A stretch of 32,000 nt of DNA from NCBI GenBank assembly GCA_964463155.1, contig CAYXAY010000003.1:1-32000 (forward strand). Direction: 5' to 3'. Of the stretch, positions 17,100 to 24,998 are shown piece by piece. Made by a program: the position numbers and the translations under genes. A model generated the notes under the pieces. It made no database searches. It worked only from the letters and a program-made list of their open reading frames with translations, and was not told where the DNA came from. Source of the stretch: an uncultured archaeon. Lineage in GTDB: Archaea > Iainarchaeota > Iainarchaeia > Iainarchaeales > CSSED10-239. Position 1 is the stretch's first letter; each line of letters starts with the position of its first letter.

Positions 17100-18295
17100 C
17101 AATATAAAAAACCAAATAAAAATAAAGGAATTTTATTATATTCACAAACTAAACTATCAACTACAAAATAATCCGCTTTTTGTGTAGTTTTCTTGTTTTC
17201 CCCACCTATTTCAAAAATTTTATTGCCAATAATAAAATCAGCAGATTTTGTTTTTCCGGTCTTAATGTAACATTCTGCATTAGCAGAATATACAAAGAAG
17301 TCTTCCCTTAAAGCGCCGAGATTTGGTGTTTTATTTAGTGTGTGATTAAAAAAATATCTAAATGGTAAATTAAGAAATATTTTTGGATCGGTTCGTATTA
17401 ATGGATATCCTGAATTACAAGATTTTAGTTGTTTAAGTATATTGATTTTTTCTAAATCCCCAATAATAGAAATGATTGTGTTTCTACTTACGCGGTTTAT
17501 TGATTTAGACAAATTAGAATAATTCATTTCAAAAGGAGAAGAGGTTGCTAATAAATATAAAATATTATAAATATCTGTTTCTACTTTCGGATTAATGGAT
17601 CTTAAATTACTAATATCAGAGTATATTATTTTTTTAAACACATTATCTATTGATTTATAAAATTCAGATAGATCTTTACTTTTATTATATAAGAAACCCC
17701 CAAATTTATAATATTCTTGATAATGGGTATAATACCTAGAGTAGTTATTTACTAATTCTTTTCGCGTTTTATAATCTAATATCTCTTCTAGTCTTATTTT
17801 CCTTATATCTTGATCATACATTATGTTTATGTATTCTCTTAAAGAAGCTTGCTTTAATTCATATAATAAAACCCTTCTAGATAAATCCACTCCGCTTAGT
17901 ATGTTTAAAGAAGAAGAGCTTGTAAAATATATTTTTATTTTATTTTCGTCATATATGTTTTTTAGGTGCTGTTGCCAATTTTCTTTGTAGGCAATTTCAT
18001 CTATAAATATATATTTGTATTCTTTTTTTATTAAAAATTTGAGTATATCATAGAGGTTATATTTAGATAAATATATGGAATCTGCAGAAAAATATATTGC
18101 TTCTTTTTTTTTATCAAATAATTGTAATAATAAAGTGGTTTTTCCTATTCCTCTAAGTCCAGTAACGCCTATAAAATAATCTGAATTATAGTTTATTAGT
18201 TCTTCATAAAGATATCTTGTTTTTGGATAATTTTTTATTTGCTCTTTTTTATTTTGGCTTTCCAAAAGCATTTTAGAAAATATTACTTCATTCAT
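17099..18295 (-). CDS. COG1373-type AAA ATPase with DUF4143-like C-terminus (ATPase-1)
   Basis: 398 aa. Walker A is GLRGIGKTT and Walker B is IFIDEI. The C-terminal block is SADFIIGNKIFEIGGE, where the nuclease-like D...ExK reads D...E-I-G. Confidence 0.8.
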   Translation of the reverse strand: MNEVIFSKMLLESQNKKEQIKNYPKTRYLYEELINYNSDYFIGVTGLRGIGKTTLLLQLFDKKKEAIYFSADSIYLSKYNLYDILKFLIKKEYKYIFIDEIAYKENWQQHLKNIYDENKIKIYFTSSSSLNILSGVDLSRRVLLYELKQASLREYINIMYDQDIRKIRLEEILDYKTRKELVNNYSRYYTHYQEYYKFGGFLYNKSKDLSEFYKSIDNVFKKIIYSDISNLRSINPKVETDIYNILYLLATSSPFEMNYSNLSKSINRVSRNTIISIIGDLEKINILKQLKSCNSGYPLIRTDPKIFLNLPFRYFFNHTLNKTPNLGALREDFFVYSANAECYIKTGKTKSADFIIGNKIFEIGGENKKTTQKADYFVVDSLVCEYNKIPLFLFGFLY

Positions 18296-18346
18296 TAGTT
18301 TTCACATATATATATGAACGCAAACAGTTATAAATTGGTCAGCAGA

Positions 18347-18385
18347 TTGACAAAAATGGCGTCCTTTTTGTCAACCTGTTGACAA
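18347..18385. promoter_or_regulatory. overlapping inverted repeats built on TTGACAA half-sites
   Basis: TTGACAAAAA (18347-18356) is the exact reverse complement of TTTTTGTCAA (18365-18374). TTGTCAAC (18368-18375) is the exact reverse complement of GTTGACAA (18378-18385). The middle arm is shared. The site lies 52-90 nt upstream of the ATPase-1 start. Confidence 0.7.
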
Positions 18386-18389
18386 CGGG

Positions 18390-18440
18390 GCATTCAAATA
18401 TTTATATGGGTCATCTAATTATAAATAGTCTGATAGAAAG
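18390..18440 (-). repeat. 51-nt intergenic repeat, copy R2
   Basis: GCATTCAAATATTTATATGGGTCATCTAATTATAAATAGTCTGATAGAAAG. It lies 95 nt upstream of the ATPase-1 start and contains two TATA-like boxes on the minus strand. Confidence 0.85.
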
Positions 18441-18496
18441 GATATTGCGCGTGAACTCATGACAACCAAGATATTTAAAACAATTCATAGATACAA

Positions 18497-19831
18497 CTAT
18501 AAAAAACTAAGTGGCTGTTCAAGCATAACTAAAAATGCACTTACTGGTATTGCTAATGTGTTGTTTTTTTCTAATTCTGTTAAATTTTGTGCATATCTTG
18601 TAAGAAGCAAATGCTCTAAATTTTCATTAATTTTATTTGGAGCAATAATATTTGCTCTGTATTTTACTTCTATTGCTTTGTTATATATTATGAAATCGGT
18701 TTCTTTATTATTTTCAAACACATATTTTAAATTATAGGAATATATGTTGTGTAAATGGCCGGCAACTACATTTTCAACTAAAGTCCCTTTTGTACTTTCA
18801 TTCAATATATAATTTGTAGATTCCATAAATGGATCTAAATTAGAATAGTGTGCATTTATTGAATGTATTATGAAGGGATCTTTAAAATAGAATTTTTTCA
18901 ATCTATCTGTTTGTTTTTCTTTAACTTCAAATAACAGCAATAATTCATCTAAATTAAACAAGTATTCTTTTATTGTGTTTATTGGTAGGTTTGATTTTTG
19001 AGAAATTGTAGTGTATTTTAATGAATTAGATGTGCTTTTGTTTAAAACAGATAATATTGCTATTGCTTTTTGTTTATCTAATTTTTCAAAAATCTTTTGA
19101 ATTAAATCCTCGTAGTAATTTTTTGTAATTGTGTTGTTTGTAAAATATGAATTTATTGTTTCTGGAAATCCACCAGTTAATAAATATATGTCAAAGTATT
19201 TTTCTATTTCTACGGTGTGTGCCTCTAATAGCAGGTATTTTTTTTTAATCATTTCATTGTATTCCTTAGGAGAAGACGTGTTTTCTAATATTAACTGATG
19301 TAGTTTTGGGTTTTTATTTTTTGTAATGGTTAGTAAAAACTGTCTAAAGGTTAATGGGGCCATTATTTTTTGTTCTTCAGATCTGCCTATTAATTTTTGT
19401 TTACATCTTTCAATTGCTCTGGGGTCTGAGCCAGTAACAAAAACGGTTGTTTCTTTTAATATATTCAAGTCACACATTGATTTTAAAAAAGAACAATTGT
19501 CTTTTAGGTTTTGTATTTCATCTAATAATATTATTGAGTTTTTTTTTATATTTATAAAGCCGTCTATTTCTCTTATTAGTTCATTTGGTTTTGTAGTTAT
19601 AAATGCATCTAGATTAAGGTATAGTGCTCTGTCTTTATAGGTATTTGCGATTTGTTTTAGATATATGGTTTTACCTACTCTTCTTGGTCCTTTTATTAGG
19701 TATAGTTTTCCTTGTTCTATTGGTAAAGCAATTCGTTCTATATTGATTGTTGATTTTTTTATATTTGATAAATCCGCATCCTCTAGTTCCCCCCACCAAG
19801 GGTTTTGTTGAATTATTTTGTTTCTTTCCAT
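18497..19831 (-). CDS. COG1373-type AAA ATPase with DUF4143 nuclease-like C-terminus (ATPase-2)
   Basis: 444 aa. It has an N-terminal NPWW, Walker A GPRRVGKT and Walker B ILLDEIQ. The C-terminal block ETDFIIYNKAIEVKY has an intact D...E-x-K. TAG stop. Confidence 0.85.
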   Translation of the reverse strand: MERNKIIQQNPWWGELEDADLSNIKKSTINIERIALPIEQGKLYLIKGPRRVGKTIYLKQIANTYKDRALYLNLDAFITTKPNELIREIDGFINIKKNSIILLDEIQNLKDNCSFLKSMCDLNILKETTVFVTGSDPRAIERCKQKLIGRSEEQKIMAPLTFRQFLLTITKNKNPKLHQLILENTSSPKEYNEMIKKKYLLLEAHTVEIEKYFDIYLLTGGFPETINSYFTNNTITKNYYEDLIQKIFEKLDKQKAIAILSVLNKSTSNSLKYTTISQKSNLPINTIKEYLFNLDELLLLFEVKEKQTDRLKKFYFKDPFIIHSINAHYSNLDPFMESTNYILNESTKGTLVENVVAGHLHNIYSYNLKYVFENNKETDFIIYNKAIEVKYRANIIAPNKINENLEHLLLTRYAQNLTELEKNNTLAIPVSAFLVMLEQPLSFL

Positions 19832-19934
19832 ATATAGTATATTACATAACTCATATATAAATATTTCTAATTATCGTTTATTTTTTAGGTGTTATTTGTA
19901 AAATAACAACTAAATTAGTTAGTTTAATTAAATA

Positions 19935-19985
19935 ATATTCAAATATTTATATCTATCATTTAATTATAAATAGTCTGATAGAAAG
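19935..19985 (-). repeat. 51-nt intergenic repeat, copy R3
   Basis: ATATTCAAATATTTATATCTATCATTTAATTATAAATAGTCTGATAGAAAG. It matches R2 in 45 of 51 positions and lies 104 nt upstream of the ATPase-2 start. Confidence 0.85.
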
Positions 19986-20010
19986 AAAAAAATTAAAAAA
20001 TAAGAAAAAG

Positions 20011-20038
20011 AAAATTGTAAGTTATTGCTTACAATTTT
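20011..20038 (-). terminator. hairpin terminator downstream of the S-layer gene
   Basis: AAAATTGTAAG-TTATTG-CTTACAATTTT has an 11-bp stem. On the minus strand it begins 11 nt after the stop codon and is followed by a T-rich run (TTTTCTTTTTCTTATTTTTT). Confidence 0.6.
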
Positions 20039-20048
20039 TTGGACGATT

Positions 20049-22436
20049 TTACATTGATCTGATTGCAGCTATTAACTCTTTAGCAGCTGTTTCTGTATCA
20101 GTGGCAGTCCAACCCGCAACATAGATGTTACCGTTAGCATGCATACCCATTACATAATCTCCTGATTGAGTTAAGTAACTCTCAGTTATGCCAAGAGCCA
20201 ATGTATTAACGATATGCCCACCTACAACAATCCTAGTGCCTGTTACATTAGCAGTATCTAACCTTACCAATGTATTTGGATCCCAAGTAGCTGGAACTTG
20301 TGTTGTATATGTTCGTGTTGCGGCTGGTGTTCCGCCTGGTGTTCCGCCTGGTGTTGAAATTTCTCCTTTACCAACGAATATTTTACCATACAATTGATCC
20401 TCAGGAACTGTTACAGTTAATGTTTCACCATCAACTTCTACCTTTGTACCAAAAATTGTGTATCCGAAACTTAAATCGTCGGATTCTTCTTGGTTTAAGT
20501 TGAAACTTGTAGCAACTACTTGATCTAATCCTGCATCATATGCTGAATCATCAGTATCTACAAGACCACCAGTGTATGCGTCGATATATGCTGTTACATT
20601 TTCGTCTGAATCGTTTATTCTTAATGCAAACATTGATTTTAGGTCTGTATCTGTTACTGTTGTAGCGCTAGAATTAGTCATACCTACATAACCCGTAGCA
20701 TTTGCATCATTTGTTTGGATGTTATAAAATATATTTCCAACAGTCCATGATTGACCAGTATCTAAAGTGTCTGTTGCATTCGAATCTAAGGCTATAGCTA
20801 ATTCTGTAATTTTATTCTGGGTGTTTTCTCTCAGATATACACCATAAGCTATTTTCCTGCTTTCGTTTTTATATAATGGTATTGTTATTGGGACAAATCC
20901 TGTAAAACTACTTGCATTACTTTCTGATGAGTTACCATCGAAATAGAATTTTTCCTGTGCTCCCGCTGTTGATATCGACTTCCATGACCAATTATCAGCA
21001 TTGTCTTTTGATAAAAACTTACCATCTTCATCTTCTAATTGAACTGTGAAATACCCTGATTCATTTGCGGCAGGCTGATTTAAATCATCAGTTGTGTTGA
21101 AGTCAAAGTATAAACTTTTACCATCAATTTCTTGTGTGGTAGTATAGTTGTCTCCGGTTTCGTATGTTCCGTCTTCGTATTCGTAAATGAATATTTTGTG
21201 GTCTTTATCTGATGCGTCAGTATATGATAGATATCCGTCTTCAACAATTATTTCTTTCTCAGATTCATCACTTAAACCAAGGAAACTTATTTTTGCAAAA
21301 TTGTAAGGTAATGATATTTCGTTTCCTCTTCGTAATGCATCATCATCTTTATAACGTATATCTTGATCGTGGTTGTATAAACTTATGGTTGTTATTGTGT
21401 CTCCTTGGGAATAAGTTGTGCCATTAAATTCTACTTTCCATAACTCGTCACCAATATTTGGAAAGTCTTTAACGATCTGGCCATCAGTTAATTTAATTCT
21501 CGCGCTTGTTCCTGAAACAACAGTTACTCTTGAATTGTATACCGTATCTATCTCTGTATCTATTGTTAAAAACTCGTCGAAAATTGTGTCGCCATCGCCA
21601 TATATTTCTGTTGCTAAAGTTATTCCATTTTTACTAATACTCATTTCAACTTCGTAGTTTGTTCCAGAACCAGAACTTTCTAGAATTTCTAATACTGCAA
21701 TGGTGTGTCCTTCTACTTCAAAATTAGCTCCTACACCATAAGGTGTTGTAGATTTGTTTTGTACTAAATCCATTGTTCTGCCGGTATACTTTTCTAAAGT
21801 GTATTGTTTACCGAACAGATTGAATTTTAAATCAGGACTGCCACTATCATTAGTATCTTTTATAATTCCTGGAGTGAATTCTAATTTATACTCTATCCCG
21901 TCTCTGTCTATTGTAGCTATTAAGTCTGCGATATCTTTGTCATCATTAAATTCAATTTTTGCGGTAATATTTAATAATTCTTCAACATTTATTTTATCGT
22001 CTCTGAAAATATCGTCATCTACCCTTACATCGTAGTCTCCAAGTAATGTATAGTCGCTATCATCTAGTTCTAATCTTCTTTGCGTTCCTAAGTCAAATAA
22101 ATCATCACTTAGTTTACCGTCGCCTGTTACTGTAGTTGTTGGAGTTGTTGTTCCTGGTACTGCTGGGATCTCAATTGTGTGTGTTTCTGTCGTGTATGCT
22201 TTTTGTGCGATTGCTGCTGCTATGTTGCCTGCCCAAATACTGTCGCTACCTAATGAATTCAAACCAACGACAATAGTTGCTGCAGGTGCGCCGTCTGCTC
22301 TTATGACATTTCCTTTTGTTACAGGACCGAAATTTGTTCCGCCTGTATTAGCTGCTATTGCTACTGCAAGACCACTTACACCTAATGCAAGTGCTGCCGC
22401 TCCAGCAACTACTTTCTTTACATTTATGTTCTTCAT
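20049..22436 (-). CDS. S-layer (surface-layer) protein
   Basis: 795 aa with a signal peptide (MKNINVKKVVAGAAALALGVSGLAVAIA) and an acidic T/D/N/G-rich body. The N-terminal IVVGLNSLGSDSIWAGNIAAAIA and C-terminal IVVGGHIVNTLA...YVAGWTATDTETAAKELI blocks resemble the N and C domains of methanogen-type S-layer proteins. GC content is visibly higher than in the neighbouring genes. Confidence 0.8.
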   Translation of the reverse strand: MKNINVKKVVAGAAALALGVSGLAVAIAANTGGTNFGPVTKGNVIRADGAPAATIVVGLNSLGSDSIWAGNIAAAIAQKAYTTETHTIEIPAVPGTTTPTTTVTGDGKLSDDLFDLGTQRRLELDDSDYTLLGDYDVRVDDDIFRDDKINVEELLNITAKIEFNDDKDIADLIATIDRDGIEYKLEFTPGIIKDTNDSGSPDLKFNLFGKQYTLEKYTGRTMDLVQNKSTTPYGVGANFEVEGHTIAVLEILESSGSGTNYEVEMSISKNGITLATEIYGDGDTIFDEFLTIDTEIDTVYNSRVTVVSGTSARIKLTDGQIVKDFPNIGDELWKVEFNGTTYSQGDTITTISLYNHDQDIRYKDDDALRRGNEISLPYNFAKISFLGLSDESEKEIIVEDGYLSYTDASDKDHKIFIYEYEDGTYETGDNYTTTQEIDGKSLYFDFNTTDDLNQPAANESGYFTVQLEDEDGKFLSKDNADNWSWKSISTAGAQEKFYFDGNSSESNASSFTGFVPITIPLYKNESRKIAYGVYLRENTQNKITELAIALDSNATDTLDTGQSWTVGNIFYNIQTNDANATGYVGMTNSSATTVTDTDLKSMFALRINDSDENVTAYIDAYTGGLVDTDDSAYDAGLDQVVATSFNLNQEESDDLSFGYTIFGTKVEVDGETLTVTVPEDQLYGKIFVGKGEISTPGGTPGGTPAATRTYTTQVPATWDPNTLVRLDTANVTGTRIVVGGHIVNTLALGITESYLTQSGDYVMGMHANGNIYVAGWTATDTETAAKELIAAIRSM
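20324..20355. repeat. 12-nt tandem repeat (CTGGTGTTCCGC x about 2.7) inside the S-layer gene
   Basis: It encodes GTPGGTPGGTP near the C-terminal domain boundary. Read directly from the sequence. Confidence 0.8.
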
Positions 22437-22644
22437 TTATTTCTCCTCCATTTTTGTCTCCGTCTCTGGACAGAAACCTTTTTGCTTTATGAAGATTGAA
22501 TCTGCATTTATATTTGACTGGTTTAAAAAAATAACTTCCAGTACGAAACAGACTCTGTTATTCCATTGTTGGAATATAGAACTTAAGGAGCAGTTATGTT
22601 TATAAATAGTTTGTTTTTACTTAACAAACCAGTATTGTTTATAA

Positions 22645-22663
22645 ACCAAGGTAATTCCTTGGT
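22645..22663. other. perfect 7-bp hairpin ACCAAGG-TAATT-CCTTGGT in the S-layer upstream region
   Basis: Read directly. It lies about 210 nt upstream of the S-layer start and about 250 nt downstream of the ATPase-3 stop. Confidence 0.5.
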
Positions 22664-22911
22664 ACAGAGACAAAAATCTATTGTTTTTATGTATAACTTG
22701 TTGTGTTTTTTATGAATTTTACTAAAAATTAAAAATCGGCTATATTATATATAATATTATAACTATTATCTTCAAGACAATTAAACTTCATTAACTTAGT
22801 AAAAACTGGAAGCATCCCTTTTACTTTATAGTTTTTGATAATTTATAAAAATCACCATTAATTACTAAAAATATAATAAAAGTGTATAAAAAACATAAAT
22901 AATTGGTAATT

Positions 22912-24189
22912 TTATATAAGTAGCCACTTATATAATGGAATATAAGATATGAGCTTATTGTCAATTTTTTCCTCTTTAGAGACGTCCCTAGTTATAATTG
23001 TGCCAGTTTTAAGATTTAAAGCAGACATTGCCTCCAAAAGTCCATTAATCTCTCTACTTTCAGTTAAATCATTTATATCTGAACAAACCTGTATTGCTTG
23101 TAGTTGTTTGTTATCTATTATTATAAAATCACACTCTCCTTTTCCTTTATAATAATAAACCTCTTTATTTCGTCTTTTTAATTCTATAAATACAACATTT
23201 TCAAAATTACGACCGGTGTTTGTTCCTGGCCTTTTCAATAAACAATTTGAAAGACCAGTGTCTATTATGTATGCTTTTTTAGGGTTGCTGTTTTGTTTTC
23301 TTTTAGAGTTAGAATATATAGGCACAAAGAAAAAATACATTGTATTATCTATATAATCAGAAAACAAATATAAAGAATCCTTGCTTATTGCTCTATTTTG
23401 GGATTTTAGATAATTGTAATATGCGTTTACTGAAAATAATTGCGAAGGCGCATTCACTAAATATATTAACATATCTTTAATTATATCTGTTTGATTTATG
23501 GAATATCTCTCTATTATGTCTCTAAATACTAATACATTAAAATAATTTTGCAAAATTTCACACCTTATTTGTGGCTCCATATTTATTACTTCTGGAAAGC
23601 CGCCTGTGTATAAGTAATTATCTAATTCTTTTAAAAGAATATATCTTTTTGAAGAATAAACTTCTTCTTTATCTGCTTTTAACCCGTTATATTCTAAATA
23701 TTCCTTAAAACTAAAAGGGTATACATAAATATCATAAGTTCTACCCCTCAACTCAGTAGCTATTTCTTTACTTAACAATTTAGCTGAAGAACCAGTTATG
23801 AATATTGTGCAATTTTCTTTATCGTATAACCGCCTTACAAATTTTTGCCAATTAGAAACACATTGAATTTCATCAAAAAAGAAATGAATGTGTTTTTCTT
23901 TATTTTTTGGATATAATTCAAAATAATAATCTAATATCTTTTGAAAATCTTCAGTTTTAAAATCGTAAAATCTTTCATCTTCAAAATTAAGATAAACTAT
24001 TTGATCTTTAGAAGCGTCTTTTAGATTTGTATATATTATTTGATATAATAGGCTTGTTTTTCCGGATCTTCTTGGGCCTATTACCGCAAATATTTTGTTT
24101 ATATTAGGTATTTTGTAATCTCTGTATAATAATTTTTTTTCTGGACAGCCTTCTAATAACATTATTTTAAATAATTCCTTATCTAACAT
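22912..24189 (-). CDS. COG1373-type AAA ATPase with DUF4143-like C-terminus (ATPase-3)
   Basis: 425 aa from ATG 24187-24189 (MLDKELF...), preceded by GGTGGG. Walker A is GPRRSGKTS and Walker B is FFFDEIQ. In the C-terminal block GECDFIIIDNKQLQAIQVC the ExK position reads Q-V-C. The 48 extra codons in the track ORF translate the operator repeats and are not credible. Confidence 0.85.
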   Translation of the reverse strand: MLDKELFKIMLLEGCPEKKLLYRDYKIPNINKIFAVIGPRRSGKTSLLYQIIYTNLKDASKDQIVYLNFEDERFYDFKTEDFQKILDYYFELYPKNKEKHIHFFFDEIQCVSNWQKFVRRLYDKENCTIFITGSSAKLLSKEIATELRGRTYDIYVYPFSFKEYLEYNGLKADKEEVYSSKRYILLKELDNYLYTGGFPEVINMEPQIRCEILQNYFNVLVFRDIIERYSINQTDIIKDMLIYLVNAPSQLFSVNAYYNYLKSQNRAISKDSLYLFSDYIDNTMYFFFVPIYSNSKRKQNSNPKKAYIIDTGLSNCLLKRPGTNTGRNFENVVFIELKRRNKEVYYYKGKGECDFIIIDNKQLQAIQVCSDINDLTESREINGLLEAMSALNLKTGTIITRDVSKEEKIDNKLISYIPLYKWLLI

Positions 24190-24230
24190 AATCCCACCTA
24201 TAATATTTATAATGCAAACAAAATAAAAAG

Positions 24231-24281
24231 GTTTCCTTCTAAAAAGGATACCTTCGGGGAAACGTTTCCTTCTAAAAAGGA
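24231..24281. promoter_or_regulatory. operator-like repeats in the divergent ATPase-3 / AbiEii promoter region
   Basis: There are two identical 18-mers GTTTCCTTCTAAAAAGGA (24231-24248 and 24264-24281), each containing TCCTT-N5-AAGGA. A perfect 12-bp palindrome GGAAACGTTTCC lies at 24258-24269. GGATACC occurs at 24246-24252 and 24293-24299. TATA-like boxes flank the region on both sides. Confidence 0.7.
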
Positions 24282-24341
24282 CACTTGTCACAGGATACCT
24301 AAAATTATATATTTTTATAATTTTCGGTATCATATATATTT

Positions 24342-24998
24342 ATGGAAATAAAAATACTAAATCAATTAAAAAAACAACTACATAAAGATATTGGACTTTT
24401 ACAAGACGAAGTTATGGATATCTTGATATCTTGTTTTCCAGAAACATTAGTGTTTCATGGAGGCACTAGCATCTGGAGATGCTATAATGGCAAAAGATTC
24501 TCAGAAGATTTGGATTTTTATCTAAATAATGAGAAATACAACGAAGAGCTATTAAAAGAAAAAATAAAAAGCGCAGGATTAACCATAAATAAAATAAAAA
24601 CAACAGACAATGTTGTTTTCTCAAAAATAACAGCCGGAAAAACAGAAATAAGAGTGGAAATCAGACTACTACTAAAAACAAACAAAATATTTACAAAAAA
24701 AACAATAACTGAATATCAAAGAATAAATGGTACAACAACCACGATTTACGCTCTGTCAATAGACCATCTTATAATAGAAAAGGCACAAGCCTACAAAAAT
24801 AGAAAACTAATAAGAGACGTTTATGATGTTTATTTCCTATCTACAAACAATATAAAACAAGAAACAAAACAAGAACTAAAAGAAATAATAAACAACTGGG
24901 AAAAACCAATAGATGAAGAAAACCTAAAAACCATAATATACACTGGAATTGCTCCAAAATACACAGAAATGCTTTATGCAATAAACCGGAGAATATAA
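24342..24998 (+). CDS. AbiEii-like nucleotidyltransferase, pair 2 (upstream gene of the pair)
   Basis: 218 aa. The NTase signature reads FHGGTSIWRCYNGKRFSEDLDFY. Its TAA stop shares one base with the ATG of the next gene (TAATG). Confidence 0.8.
   Translation: MEIKILNQLKKQLHKDIGLLQDEVMDILISCFPETLVFHGGTSIWRCYNGKRFSEDLDFYLNNEKYNEELLKEKIKSAGLTINKIKTTDNVVFSKITAGKTEIRVEIRLLLKTNKIFTKKTITEYQRINGTTTTIYALSIDHLIIEKAQAYKNRKLIRDVYDVYFLSTNNIKQETKQELKEIINNWEKPIDEENLKTIIYTGIAPKYTEMLYAINRRI

Noticed and set aside
18459-18737. 92-aa plus-strand ORF overlapping the 3-prime end of ATPase-2.
   Set aside because: It is antisense to the conserved nuclease-like C-terminus of ATPase-2 and starts within the R2-flanking intergenic DNA. 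It has no motifs.
16983-19985. The three 51-nt repeats considered as a CRISPR array.
   Set aside because: The copies are 1.4-1.5 kb apart, with full-length protein genes between them, and they are only 88-92 percent identical. This is not CRISPR architecture.
20188-22605. Plus-strand ORFs antisense to the S-layer gene (e.g. 20188-20397, 21754-22035, 22177-22605).
   Set aside because: They are embedded in a long, well-supported minus-strand gene. The 142-aa one mirrors the Ala-rich signal-peptide region.
24190-24333. 48-codon N-terminal extension of ATPase-3 in the track ORF.
   Set aside because: It translates the duplicated operator-like 18-mers (FRRKRFPEGILFRRKPF). The internal ATG at 24187-24189 has a GGTGGG RBS, and the protein aligns with its paralogues from there.
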